A stretch of 64,000 bases of DNA from Octopus vulgaris (taxonomy: Eukaryota): contig OX597815.1 in NCBI GenBank assembly GCA_951406725.2, positions 141,298,001 to 141,362,000 of the forward strand, in the 5' to 3' direction. Within the stretch, counting starts at the first letter, position 1, and every line of letters begins with the position of its first letter. The translations under genes were made by a program, and so were the position numbers. Below, in pieces: positions 1 through 13,070 of this stretch. The notes beneath the pieces are model-generated. The model saw nothing but the letters and a program-made list of their open reading frames with translations. It had not been told where the DNA came from and made no database searches.

Positions 1-501
1 TACTTAGGGTCCATGTAGTTTCATGGGCAAAAAATATTCAACTTCTTGCCTAGAGTGAGCCCATAGCAATATCATATCTTCTCCACTATTTCAGTATTAC
101 GTGTTAAAAGTGAAACAAAAACATTTCTCTATTTTATGTCAGATACTTTCACTTTAACAATAAAAATAATAATAACAATTGAATTATATGTAGTAAGTAA
201 TAATTAAAATCAAACTAAATTATAATATAATCGTAACATAACAAAAGTAAAAATAGCAATTGGTATAAAATTGCATCAATGACTTGAACTTGAATAAGTG
301 GTTTCAAAATAAAATTAGCGTGCAGAAATGGAATAGTCCAGACAGATAATAAAAATTAAATTAAAGAAAAGACTATTGTCTATAAATTATACAATGTAGA
401 GAAAAAAGCAGATTTGAACTTTGTAATTTGTATGTTATGTATAGATGTATATATAGATATACATGTAATATGTACACATATATATACACATATATACATG
501 C

Positions 502-542
502 ACTAGCACTATGACCCGGCAACGCCGGGTCATAATGCTAGT
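502..542. repeat. 41-bp palindrome built from a Helitron-type 3' end (CTAG + GC hairpin)
   Basis: ACTAGCACTATGACCCGGC-AAC-GCCGGGTCATAATGCTAGT; 19-bp arms with 1 mismatch; resembles the termini at 15898 and 50263. Confidence 0.75.
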
Positions 543-569
543 ATATATGTAAATATATACACACACTTA

Positions 570-610
<41 letters not shown>

Positions 611-784
611 TATAAACATTATAAACATAGACACACACACACATACACATATGTATATATATAAGTGGAGGCGTGTCTTCATGACAGTGACTAATTGTGA
701 TTGCTGTCTGACGACTGAAAAAGCAAATGGTTAAAAGATATATATATATACATATATACATGTGTTCACATATATATATGCATG

Positions 785-883
785 CATACATACATACATA
801 CATACATACATACATACATACATACATACATACATACATACATACATACATACATACATACATACATACATACATACATACAT
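785..883. repeat. (TACA)n microsatellite; (TA)n tract at 574-608
   Basis: Directly visible tandem repeat. Confidence 0.97.
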
Positions 884-889
884 GAATGT

Positions 890-1440
890 ATGCAGACATA
901 TCACCCACATCATAAGCAGTTGTCCGAAAATGTCATCACCGTATTATCTAGCGATGAGAAATGACGTTGTAGCTAGGACAGTCTATAATGAAATACGTTA
1001 GAAGGATAATCCCGAGGACAAAGAAATAAAAACTCACAATATGGTAGAAGCTATAGCCACTCATAATGAAAAGGAATACTGGTACTAGTGAAGATCTCAA
1101 TAAAATGTAAGAACAACAGACCTGATATAATGATTTGGGATAGAGGAGAGAAACTGTGCACAGTTGTGGAAATTAGCTGCACAGCGGATGTTAACATGAA
1201 GCTGAAGATCAGTGAAAAAAAGAGCACCTATGCTGAACTATTGAGACATCTGCAAGTTCAGGTCTATACTAGTAATTAGTGCGGCCCTGGGATACGTAAT
1301 ACACTGCCTAAATATCGATCGTGAGAAAGTAGGCTTCTCAAAACCAGAAAGAAGAAAGATAATTCGAAGACTCTAGATCCAATCCCTCACGGGAACTGTA
1401 TAAATCTGTAAAACTTCCCAGAAGTTTAATATTTAAATAT
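890..1440 (+). mobile_element. Decayed 3' fragment of an RLE-type non-LTR retrotransposon (R2/R4/NeSL group): zinc knuckle plus restriction-like endonuclease
   Basis: Translates to HITHIISSCPKMS..RNDVVAR (knuckle + RHD/N motif) and RPDIMIWD..VVEISC..EKKSTY (PD-(D/E)xK nuclease); has stops and frameshifts. Confidence 0.85.
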
Positions 1441-1544
1441 ATATGAGCATGTCTAGATATGTAACTCTATGCATGAGAATACATAAAAACATGCAAATCT
1501 ACACATACATACAGACAGACATATAAACAGAGAAAAATACCCTG

Positions 1545-1765
1545 TTGCTGATGTTAAAACCTTCAATCTAGTTTAGAAACCGGTTCTTTCTCTATTGGCA
1601 AGAAATCTTGAAATAAACTGATTAATGTCATACATACAAACAACAATACCGTGTTATTGATATTGAAATTCCAATGAAGGAACCTTTGATGTAGGTTAGA
1701 AACCGGTTTTTTCACTATTGACAAGAAATCTTGAAATATACTGAATAATGACCTACATACATGCA
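1545..1765 (+). repeat. Two diverged tandem units of about 100-120 bp downstream of the LINE fragment (probable 3' UTR repeat)
   Basis: ttagaaaccggtt..ctattg.caagaaatcttgaaata.actga.taatg occurs at about 1572-1628 and 1696-1750. Confidence 0.7.
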
Positions 1766-3640
1766 TACGTATACATATATACTTACATACATAGATACTT
1801 ATATATATATATAAACATGCATACATACATACTTCTGCACATACGTACGAGTATATACAAACATTCATACATCGTGCTTATCTACTCCTCATGTAGAGAA
1901 CCACCGACATAGAGGATATCACATTTCTCTGTTGTTATATGCAGTTACATCGATACTTATAAGTGGATATATGTATTTACAATACATGTGCCGTTTCAAA
2001 CGGACTGGTCTTAAACTTTGTGATATAAATAAACGCAAATCTCTTTAACAAATGTGTATTTCTATTATTGAATATTATTATTGACGCTTGTGTATCTTCT
2101 AACGCAATATAATTTATGAATGGATTAGGGGTGAACCACAGGGTTGCTAATAACTGTTAATGAAGTTCTTTTGATTTCAATTTTAAGTTTCATTCGTCGA
2201 TATAATATTGTAATTTCTTGCACAATTTAAGTGAAATTTCAGTGACAATTATGATTGAGATATTCCTAATCAATTGACAACAAAATGTATAAATCGTCAG
2301 AGGGAAATTTCAATTAAAACTCCCAAATTATTTTGAGCATAAATATGTATATACATTTGTATTTATGGGTGTATATGTTTTTGTATGTGTTTGTACACAC
2401 ACACACAAACACATATATGTAAGTATATATATATATATATATATATTTGTACATATCACTATCTGTATAAACTATGGAGTAGTATTCTCTTTCATCAATT
2501 CCCGAACGTTATAAATTATTCGTCTGAAGTATTGCTAATATGAAGTATATATTTATATTGGTCGACATTTATAAGAAAATTGATAATATGTTGTGTATTA
2601 TAGTTAGAGTAAGTAGTTTCCAAGCTTTACAGATGCAGAGAATAGTTAACGTTTGTCGTGCTTTGATCTACTCTTAAAACAACTCTACTTCGAACATTTT
2701 ACAAAACCACTGAACGAGGTAAATAAAAGTGAGTTATTTGACTGTGATACTTTGACAGACATTGTTCAAATAATTCTTTCAAGAAATCGAATTTGTTTGA
2801 TGTAAAAATATTGCTGCTTTTATTTTCACTTTTCTAATTGAAATATCGAACATAATAGAAAAATTTATATATTTCATAGTTTATTGCCGCAGACAAGAGT
2901 AAACACGGAAGACTTATGTTTGGCTTTTGTTGACCTAATATCCTATCATTGACCTATTAACTCGGAAAGCAACGCGCGCTTTTGTGTTAATTCTGTCTAA
3001 AAGTCATTTTCTTTATTTATTTATAACATAATATATTATAGGAGAGGACATACTTATTTAGAATATATATTACCGAAAGAAAATTAATAAAGAAATATAT
3101 TTTCAATTAATAAATAAGTAGGTTTTTTTTTAATTTCTCGCTTGTTTTTGTAGACTCGCCATATTGAAACGGCAATGCATTCAATTAAAGTGGTGATTAA
3201 GTATTAAAAGAATTCTTTATATTTATGTAAAAGAAACAAAAGAAATATGAGCAGCATTCAATCGAAAGTCCTGAAAAGGTAATCTAGAAAATGTAAACTA
3301 CATAACTCTGCGCGAGTAATACGGAGTTAGGATACCCTTTTCAATTTAAAGTTAATTGAGACATATTTCATTTAAACGCTATTATGAATTAGATGCAGAA
3401 ATTTGATGATATGCATTAAACCATGAAGTTGGACAAATCGAATACAACAGCAGGAAATAAATATTCAAAGACCGGTAGGTTTATTTCAATGAGATATTTC
3501 ACATTTGGCCAACTTAATTATAGCTACTTTACTACCAATTACAGGGGAATTAAATAATGAAATACAAACTGCCTTTTGCATTGTCCCTAAATGTTTTCAA
3601 ATTTCAAACTTTTGAGGTTCTGTGTATAGAATTCAAAGTA

Positions 3641-3905
3641 CAGTAATCTCTCGACTATCGCGAGTGTTACGCTCCAAACCTCCCGCGATAGGTGAAAATC
3701 CGCGAAGTAGAAACAGTGCAGTACTGTATATTTGTTTTTTTTTCTTATTTTCATAATCTGTATATATTTATCTTATTATAAATTCAAAACATCACGGAGG
3801 AATCGGCGTACACTTAAATAATAGACTGCGATAGGTGAACCGCGACAGGTGAACCGCGACAGGTGAACCGCGATAGGTGAACCACGACATGGCGAGAGAT
3901 TACTG
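3641..3905. mobile_element. pogo/Tigger-like MITE
   Basis: TIRs CAGTAATCTCTCG...CGAGAGATTACTG, preceded by TA; internal 14-bp subterminal repeats GCGA(T/C)AGGTGAACC x4. Confidence 0.85.
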
Positions 3906-4257
3906 TTGTTCTAAATTAAAGTAGTGTAAGCTGAGGTAAGATATCTAAAGACAATAATATAGTATACAACGAAGATCTATTTCTAAAACATTGCCTCTTT
4001 GAAAGTTCTTCGATAACTATCAAAGACAGTGTAATATATTGCTTTCGCCAAAGCTGGTCAATTCGAAGTAGTGATGAGATATTCACCAAATTTTTTACAA
4101 TGGGTATATATAATCTATGCAATGATAGATCAAGGTTATTCATAAATATAGTAATTTTCTTTCCAGAAACTGAATTAATGTGAATTGAAACACGAATAAA
4201 AGGAGTTAAGGACATAAAAACACAAGCATGTATGTATATACATACATACATACGTAC

Positions 4258-4321
<64 letters not shown>

Positions 4322-6660
4322 TGGGATTTTAAAAAAATACAAAAGACGAACACACGTTGTAAACAACAAATAGGTGTATTAGTTTAATGCTCAGGAAGGT
4401 GAGAAAGTCTATTCCGCTTCGCGCCTACGCTCATCAACCGAAAGGAAAGCGAGAAAATAAACAGAAAGAAAATAAAAAAAAAAAAAACTTTAGTGGCTAG
4501 CTTTCAATTTTGGCGATGGCCGGACAGAGGTGGTGAGTCAGGAGAGCTTGGAAGAAGAGGAGATAATAAAATAGTGGTGATCCCAAAACGAAGGTGCGCG
4601 TACGTATGTATGTGAGAGCGTGTGTGTGCGTGTGGATATGGCTGGTGACCTTCACGTGAGGGTGTGCGCATGCATAGGTGTGTGGATGATGGTGTGGTCA
4701 GTGCTAGTGTATGCGGGGTAGTGAAGTGTGGTGGCGTGGTGTGGTGTGGTGATATGTGATATGTTGTGATCTGTTGTGGTGGTGTGTGGTGTTTGGTGGT
4801 GTTGGTGTGGTGTAGCGGTGTGTAGTGTGCTAGTGTTCGGGTGTAAGGGATGCCAGAGCGATTCAGGGTGGGGTGTTGGTGTAGGTGTAGGATATATGGG
4901 AGTGGAATGTGTAGGGGTTGATTTGGTATGGGATGTATACGAATGGTTGGGTTGGGATGTGTGGGAGTGGGGTAACGATAGAAGGGGCGACGATGAAGGG
5001 AGGGGGAGAGTAGGAGTGAAGAGAAGTAGAAGTAAGGGAGGAGAGGAGAGGAAAGGTGGGTGGGAGTGAAGAAAGGAAATAGTTGTGAGAGGGGGGTGGA
5101 GAGAGGAAGGGAGGAAGTCGAGAACATGTGGAGCGAAGGAGCGAACAGGAGAGATTAATTCCTGATGGCCCCTGTGCAAGGACAAACCGAACAGAGACAG
5201 GTGTTGTAAAGAATGATCGGAAGTGGCGCGAGACCTGGGTGTTGTTGCTGAGTCTGATGTAACGGAGATGTTCCGCGAACCGATCAGCAAAGCGGCGTCC
5301 CGTTTAACCGATGTGCAGAGGACAGTGAGAGCAGGAGATGCAGTAAATGACGTTGCTAGAAGTGCAGGTGAAGGAGTCAGTGATATGATAGTATTGATGA
5401 TGGGTGCCTGTGAGAATGGTGGTGCTGGAGAGGTAGGGGCAAGTGCGGCAGCATGAGAAGGAGCAGCGGCACGAGCCGGGGTTAGAGATGGGGTTAGTGA
5501 AGAAATTGTGGACCAGGAGGTCACGTAGGTTGTGGGCTCATTTGAAGGAGTATGGGTAGGTTAGGGAAGATTTTCGAAGTAGAGGGGTCGGACTGGAGTC
5601 GCCGAAAAGCTTGGAGAGTAGTGCGTTGGAGAGCTTTGGTGGAGGGGTGGTAGGTGATGGGAGATGGGAAACAGGGGACGGCGGGGCGTGCCGCGGAGAG
5701 AGAACATATGCATGGTCTACGGAACGTTCTCTGGCAAGGGCGGTGTGGATAGTGTTGAGGGGATGAATGTTGAAGTGGGGAGCCATGAGTTGGGACTGAG
5801 TCTCAAAGTCACGGTTGTCACTGCAGAGCTTGCGAACACGGAGGAATTGGTATTAGGGGATGGAGAGCTTGGTGTGTTTAGTGTGGGAGTAGGAGAAGTT
5901 GAGGTCTGAGTGTGAGTCATTGTGTTTGTAGTAGATGGAGGCGGTGAGAATGGAGTGATGAATGCTGACCGAAATGTCGAGAAAGGCGACGAAAGTGTTG
6001 AAAATAGTACAGGAGAATTCGAGGGCACGATGGAAAGATTTGAGAAAAGATACGAAGAAGTATTGTTATTCGTGGTAGAGCGAGATCTCACCGATACAGT
6101 CGTCAGTATAACGACCGTATAGTTCGGGAGTAGGACCAGTGACTCTTGAGAATATTTGGGCTTGAATGTGGCCAACGAACATAGTTGGGTCCCATTCTCG
6201 TTCCCTTGGCCTCTCCCGAGAACATGTTGGTTAAAAATCACCCGTAAACAAGAAGCAGTTAAGGGAGAGAACAAGTTCAGCTAGATGAAGATATGTGGAT
6301 GTGTCAGGTTAGGAGTTAGGTCGAAATTCAAGGTAGTATTTGAGAGCAAGAAGCCATTCGTGGTATGGGATCACCGTGTATACGCTCTTGGTATAAAGAT
6401 TGGAGAGAAGTTTAGAGGGGCCAGAAGCGAAAGAGAAAGAGTTGAAGAAACGAAGAGCATGGCTAGTGTCATGGATGTGAAAAGGGAGTGAAGCCACTAT
6501 GGGCACAAAGACACGGTCAAGATATGCGGAGCAGTTGCAGGTGGAGATGATGAGGCGGCCAGGGTTGTTAGGTTTGTGGATTTGGAGGAGTAATAAATTG
6601 TAGGGATGCGAGGGGTGCGGGCAATGAAACTGGAGGCGGGGGGAGAAAGGAGGTTGGGAT
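4322..6660 (-). mobile_element. Decayed Penelope-like element (RT + GIY-YIG endonuclease + 3' pLTR), flanked by (TA)n on both sides
   Basis: Minus-strand peptides IHKPNNPGRLIISTCNC, PIVASLPFHIHDTSHAL..KSVYTVIPYHE, GTRMGPNY (PLE RT) and FTCTSSNVIYCISCSHCPLHIG*TGRRFADRFAEH (GIY-YIG, about 5270-5390); many disruptions. Confidence 0.9.
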
Positions 6661-7391
6661 ATATATATATATATATATATATCTGCGTGTGAGAGGAAGA
6701 AATAAATATATTATCTGAAAATATACACCTGTACTATGAAATTATATGTCCTTCAGTTCTTTTTATATCATCGGCTTTATTCAATCCGGTTAAACCCTCA
6801 GATTTATTCAATATGTCATGTGTACCTTGTCATCAACACCGTTTCCAACATCAATAACTTAATCGGCAAAATGATCAGCGCATAAAATATCTTCGTGTCT
6901 TGTGAAGCAATAATGTTTCACTTCCAAATCACCGGCACAGCTAACTAATAACTTTTGTAATAGTATCATATATTACAGGATTTGCTAAGTTTCAATTTCA
7001 CGTTTTCATAGTGAAAATCGGAAATATTTCAGTTGCACTCCATGACAATAATTCTTCTTTTTCTTTGTTTTGTCGTGCCGAAAATTTCACGAACCTTTTA
7101 TGGACTCCATGAATATGTTGTACATGAAGTTAATTGGTTTATTTTACATTAAAAAAAAAAATGTAATTATTATTTTTGGTTTGTCGAAATTTCTATTTGT
7201 TCTTTTTAATAAAGCTCCTTGAAATACTAATAAAATTATAATTATTGCCTAAATACAAAACCACCTGATATTACCGCCTTCACAAAATTGTTTTCCCGTT
7301 ATATTACGAGTTACACTCAAATACATACACTATGACACGTATCGACCCTGTGTCTAAATATTTTTAAAGTAAAGATTTTGTAGTAATTGTA

Positions 7392-7532
7392 TTAGGTTGT
7401 CCCAAAAGTTCGTAAACACTTGCGAAAATTGAATTTTTACTCGCCAAGTACTAACAAAAACAACAAAAATTATTCCTCAAAATAAAGACCATTATTTTCC
7501 AAGACTTTCTACGAACTTTTGGGACAACCTTA
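7392..7532. mobile_element. Tc1/mariner-derived MITE
   Basis: TIRs AGGTTGTCCCAAAAGTTCGTA...TACGAACTTTTGGGACAACCT with TA on both sides. Confidence 0.88.
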
Positions 7533-8841
7533 TATAATGACATTAAGAAAATTTGTTCTGGTAGTTTTATTTTAGTGATTCAGACGTTATTAATTTGTTC
7601 CTATTTTGATTGATACTGAAGTTGTTTTGTAATGGCGAACCGGAAGATGTATAGACTCTTACTATCAAATTCTTAATATTTTATACTGTTAAGTTGTTAT
7701 CTTCGTATGGCATTATATTGTAATTATTAAATCAGCATCACATAAACTTAATCGAATCGTTGTGTACGTCGAGTACAAAAACATTAAAACATTCTTCGAG
7801 ATGGCACACGCTGATATATAATACCAATATGTTCCCTTGTGCAATTGTTTTTCGTTTTCTGTGACGTATATATTCTGAAATGCAGCCATCTATTTGAATG
7901 AGCCATTCAGTTGAATTTTACGTGACAATCTACCTAATCTGTCTTATGACCGTTGCATGATTTCACTGGCTTATTTGGCCTAATCACAAAGTGTAAGCGT
8001 CCAAATCTTTAATAGCATTTGCTATTTGTAAACTGGAATTGAATGAAACTCATTACAAGCAATCTAAATGCTAAAACAATGTGTAGGTATCTTTAGATTA
8101 GACAAAGGTCAAGTTAACAATTGACATTAGTATCAAAGAGTAGACGATTACAACCTATCTTAAATATCCTGGGAAATAGATTCTTAATATCTTCAAATTA
8201 TGTTGCTTTTCTTGAAAGTAATTCATAATTGACGCTAGTTATTTTTTCTTTGTTTTCCTACTCAAAGAAAAAAGTGAATTTCAATATATTGCGAACACAC
8301 AAGTGAATTATTCAAATCGTGACATTAGCTGATGATTTTAATACCACAAAAAGTGAAGCTATCACCTTGCCTGCTATCAAAGATTAAATTTCCTCCAATG
8401 TGTGAAAATTAAATTTTCTGTAAAATTAATACTCAATTTACAGAAATTATTTTTACAATTTTGTAATTCTCTTGGCATCACTGTTAGAATATTATATTTT
8501 CTTCCTCAAACTAAGTGGTAAATTTCAAATCACGAAATGTTTTGCAGACACTACTTAGTACATTTATATGTTTAGGTTCATTTCATGAGTGGTACTTTTT
8601 GATTTTAGTGTGTATGGTTTAATATTGCCTTTTAGTGATATAAAACAAAAAGCTTATTTTAATGGGTTGCTTGTTTGTATGGATAAAAATGCCCATCATA
8701 ATTTAATTATATTAATTGAAATTAAAATGAATAGCATGAAAAAGATAAACAAATAAAAAGTGAATAAATGTATGAATAGTGGAGATGGCGGAGGTTGATC
8801 TTGAAGCGATGCTGGTTCTAATGTTGGTGGTGGAGCTGTTG

Positions 8842-9033
8842 GAAGAAGAAGAAGAAGGAAGAGGAGGAAGAAGAAGAAGAAGAAGAAGAAGAAGAAGAGG
8901 AGGAGGAGGAGGAGGAAGAAGAAGAAGAAGAAGAAGAAGAAGAAGAAGAAGAAGAAGAAGAGGAGGAGAAGAAGAAGAAGAGGAGGAGGAGGAAGGGGAG
9001 GAAGAAGGAGAAGAAGAAGAAGAAGAAGAAGAG
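8842..9033. repeat. (GAA)n/(GGA)n compound polypurine microsatellite
   Basis: Directly visible. Confidence 0.97.
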
Positions 9034-9319
9034 ATTTAGTGTTGGAAAGAGAGTTTGAATTTTCTCATCCTTTTTTGGGGTTATCATTCTCTTTGTGTAG
9101 CTGCAAATGTAGAAGAGAATATGTAAACATATTCAGATGATGTGGCAGTTACGTTGGTGCATGAATTTGGGAGTTTGGAGTAATAATGAATTATTAAAAT
9201 GCCTCATTATATTTGTACATCCAATTAACTCTTTAATTAAAACATAATTATATATATAAAGCAAATATATTTTTAAGCAACTCTACATTGCAATTACTGA
9301 ACCCACATATAGATGAACG

Positions 9320-10672
9320 TTAAATGGAAATGTTCTCTGTAGGACAAGTCCGCAGTAGTTCAGTTTTTCTCCACTCGCAGCCATCTGCTGCAACCTTCCG
9401 GTATCAGTCTGTCAACCGGCATCGTTCGGTGGGGGTCATACTGCCACGTGGTGTGTCTTTATTTTGCAGTGCTTCTCTGTTCGTTGATTCTGGAGATGGC
9501 TGAAACAAAGGGGCGACATGCATGCTTCCGTGAAATTCTGCGTTCTGCTGGGAGAAACGGCGGCCGAAACAGTTGTCATGCTTCAAACAGCTTACAATGA
9601 TGCTGCCATGAGCAAAATACAAATTTACGAGTGATATTCACACTGTAGGAATGGTCACTTGTCGTTTGAAGATGAATCTCGTTCAGGGCAACCGTCGACC
9701 TCCCGAACGAATGAAAACATCACGAAATCTCATGAACTGATTTTAGAGGACCATCACCGAACAATTGAGGAATTTGTTGATATGACTGGTGTATCCTTGA
9801 GCCCCTGCCAACGAATTTTGAGCGAGGAATTGCGAACGAAATGCGTTGCAACAAAATATGTGATTTACTTTTTCACGGAAGATTAAAAGCATGTACGACT
9901 AAATGCATGTCATGACCTGAAAGAAAAATTGGAAGTTGATCCGAACTGTTTTTCGAAGTGCATCACTGGTCAGGAACGCTGATGCTACGTCTACGACGCG
10001 GGAACGAAAACGTAATCAAGTGAAGGAAAGTAATGAATATCACCACGCCCCATAAATTTGCGTCAAGTGAAGTCTATTCTCATGAGGTTGCGAAGGGAAT
10101 TGTCCATATAGTATTTGTTTTACCTGATCAAACTGTCAACCAGGCATTTTACTTGGCAGTTCTGAAGTTTTTGCGAGGCACGGTGAGACGAAAACACCCC
10201 AACCAGTGGTAAAGTGCAGGAGGTGGCCTCATCACGACAATGCAACTTCGCACACTACCTAAAATACAAGAAGTTTTAGACTGAAACTGCCACGGCCCTG
10301 TTTGCCCACCCGCCCTATTCACGCGATCTTCCTCCGTGCAACTTTTATTTTGTTCCCCCGAATGAAAAATGTCCTTAAACGACAAACATATTCAATGACT
10401 GAATCAACGTATAGATGAACGTACAACAGGGTACCCAAAAGTAAATGGAAATGTTCTCTGTAAGACAAGTCCCTAGCAGTTCAGATTTCTGCTGCTCGGA
10501 AGGCAGTATTTGAAAAAATTTCAGGACTGCTTCGAACAGTGGAAATCGTGTCTGGACTGATGTATTGCCTCAAATGAAGAATATTTTGAAGGCGATAAAA
10601 GTGTAAAGATGTAAAACTAAGTAAATATAATAACATTGCGAAATACCGGGGTTTTTTGGGGTACCGCATGTA
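9320..10672 (+). mobile_element. Decayed mariner transposon (transposase pseudogene)
   Basis: SVKFCVLLGETAAETVVMLQTAY..SFEDESRSGQPSTSRTNENI (HTH region), HDNA and a degenerate YSPDLAP-like motif near 10230-10350; 3' TIR-like ggggtaccgcatgta. Confidence 0.88.
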
Positions 10673-10701
10673 TATTTATATATACATATACATGCATGCA
10701 A

Positions 10702-10732
<31 letters not shown>

Positions 10733-10759
10733 TACATATGAGTGTGTGTGTGTGTGCGT

Positions 10760-11010
10760 GGAGGCGCGTGGATTAGTGGTGAGGGTGTCAGCATCAGGAT
10801 CGTAAGATTGTGGTTTCGATTCCTGGAACGGACGACGCGTTGTGTTCTTGAGCAAAACATTTCATTTCACGTTGCTCTAGTCCACTGAGCTCGCAAAAAT
10901 GAGTAACACTTCGATTGAATTGCGTCCCGTCCAGCTGGGGAACACATACGCCATTGAAACCGGGAAACCGGGCCCCTGAGCCTGGCTAGGCTTTAAAAGG
11001 GCGCATTTAT
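10760..11010 (+). mobile_element. tRNA-derived SINE, full length
   Basis: A box TGGATTAGTGG, B box GTTTCGATTCC, central ttgagcaaaacatttcatttcacgttgct core, gcgtcccgtccag motif, ends in TTTA. Confidence 0.85.
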
Positions 11011-12599
11011 ATATTTACCTAACATTTTACACAGACAACAAGCAGAGATAGATAGAGAGAGAGAGGGAGGGAGAGGGAAAAGGAGTAAGTGACGGGGAGT
11101 ACATTAAGAAAGGTTATATAAAATTCAGTTTTTATTTAGTTGTTTATGTGCACGCATATGTTGACAAATATACAATAAATATATAAAAATACAACTAATT
11201 TATGCACATACACACATATGCGTATGTGTGTGTGTATTTATATATAAATATATAAACATATAAATGTTTTTGTATATGTGTGTGTGTGTGTCTGTGTGTC
11301 TGTGTATGTATGTTTAATAGCGTATGCTCAAGGGTAGATATTTACTTCCATGTTTATATTTAAATTCGTTCATATAAACACAGGTGTGTACTTCTACAAA
11401 TAAATATAAACTACATTTTATGTAAGCTTCCTTTGAGAAGTTTTCTCAGCTTATCAATATCTCCTTTCATGCCAAAGGCAGAGAATTAAAAATTAATGCT
11501 GGAAGTATATCTATTAATGTATAAGGAACTATCGTTGCCTTTCAGTGAATATTTCTGTCGATATATACTCAGTGGTTTAATCCTGTAGCCAAGTTCACCA
11601 GTGTCATTGATTTCCCTCCAACAAGATTAAAAAGCTCTCTTAGATGGATTTAATGCCTATATTGTCCTGGATCAAAATATCAAAAGACCTTTGGTGTATT
11701 TAGAATCTAGAAATATGTGTGGTATTGACAGCATGCGAATAAGCCAGTTTGACCTTCTAACCATCAATGTATCCCTAGGAAACTGTCATTCATTTCTTTC
11801 GGAAATATTGTATATACACTTAGAATCTTGAAAATGATATTATCCAGGGCTTCACAATTTATTTGAAATAATAAATCTCTTAGATTTTGATTTCCCCAAG
11901 TGGAATCAGCTGCTCTTGAATAGCGAATACTAAAATATCTAAGACAGATCATAATCCATACATATGACTTATTAGTTAAAAGTTTTCCGTGATATCTCAT
12001 TATAGGAATGTTTGACTAAAGTATATGCAAATTTAAAATTATCTCATTTCCTCTCACGAATAGATCAGAATATCTATAGATTTTCTATTCAGTGTAGTCT
12101 CGTTTATTATTAAATAAACTTCTACTTAAAGCTACATGCAAGGAATGTGTTCACTAACATACGAACCATACATAACAACGGAAATAATGTGGCATATTGA
12201 ATAAATCTATAAATAATATATTTCATAAAATAATACTAAAGTGGCCTTCCAAAGTGAATTATCCTATAATCACGGTACATATAGAAATAAGAGGAGCGCT
12301 TATTTTAAATTAAATATTGAACGTTGTATTCGTAACCAGAAGGAATATCATTGTACTTGTATACTGCAAGGACGAATATATAACCAACTTTGAAATATAT
12401 ATCGCGTTGGCGGTGTATATGTTTTTACCCTAAGTGAAATATGATCAAATATATCTTGTATAAGGTACATTATAGATCAACATAACCCGTCTTTTCTTTC
12501 AACTGTGCACCGTAAATCCTTTTTGAGTCGATAGGCTGTGATATTCAGGAAGATGCAGCTGTGTTGTTTCTACTCCAGTCAACAATAGACAGCCACCGC

Positions 12600-13070
12600 T
12601 GTTGGCAGAATTGGCAGAAGACTATAAGTCTTACCATTATCTAAAAGATTTACAAAAACTATTTCAACAAATTCCTCAGAGATCATTGAAAATCCCGACT
12701 ACACAGGGACAGATGAGCAGAAGGGTGAAAAGAAAGGTATGTAGGAAGCACGGGGAACTTATGATTCTACTAATCGAAATATGAAAAGACCGCGAATACT
12801 TGTGTATTATGAATTGATTATAGGAAAGCATTCAAATCTGTTCCCAACGTAAGCTTGCTTAAGACTGTGCTTATTTGTCACTTTAGTCGCTTCCCGGACA
12901 ACACCTGAGAGCGAAATTATCGTCAACAGTGTTATATATATATTTCAAAGTGTAGTAATCGAAGGCGATAGATTTTCTGTACTTTTACCTATTTTGTTAT
13001 TAAATGCAATATCATTATTTCAGAAAATGCGATGGCTATATGCAAATATCTCAGCCAGATGGAACTGTAT
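12600..13070 (+). mobile_element. Highly decayed RLE-LINE reverse transcriptase fragment
   Basis: IDYRKAFKSVP motif at about 12815-12845, homologous to IEYKKAFDSIPH of the LINE at 28970-29000; degenerate EGD motif downstream. Confidence 0.55.

Noticed and set aside
701-727. CTGACGA-CT-GAAA as a hammerhead
   Set aside because: No stem II between the core halves and no stem III or cleavage triplet
573-964. ORFs with YVCM/HTYI/IYIY repeats here and throughout the window
   Set aside because: They are stop-free translations of (TACA)n, (TA)n, (TCTA)n and (TG)n microsatellites, not proteins
3826-3885. CRISPR-like repeated 14-mer
   Set aside because: Head-to-tail repeats with no spacers, inside a MITE, in eukaryotic DNA
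4504-6274. Long Pro/Thr/Ser/His-rich ORFs (207-290 aa) as mucin-like genes
   Set aside because: They are off-frame or low-complexity readings of the decayed Penelope element
8779-9087. Poly-Arg/Glu or poly-Ser ORFs
   Set aside because: GAA/GGA microsatellite read-through
10760-10835. tRNA gene (also 58015-58091 and 56830-56900)
   Set aside because: A/B boxes are present, but there is no closed cloverleaf and each continues into a SINE body
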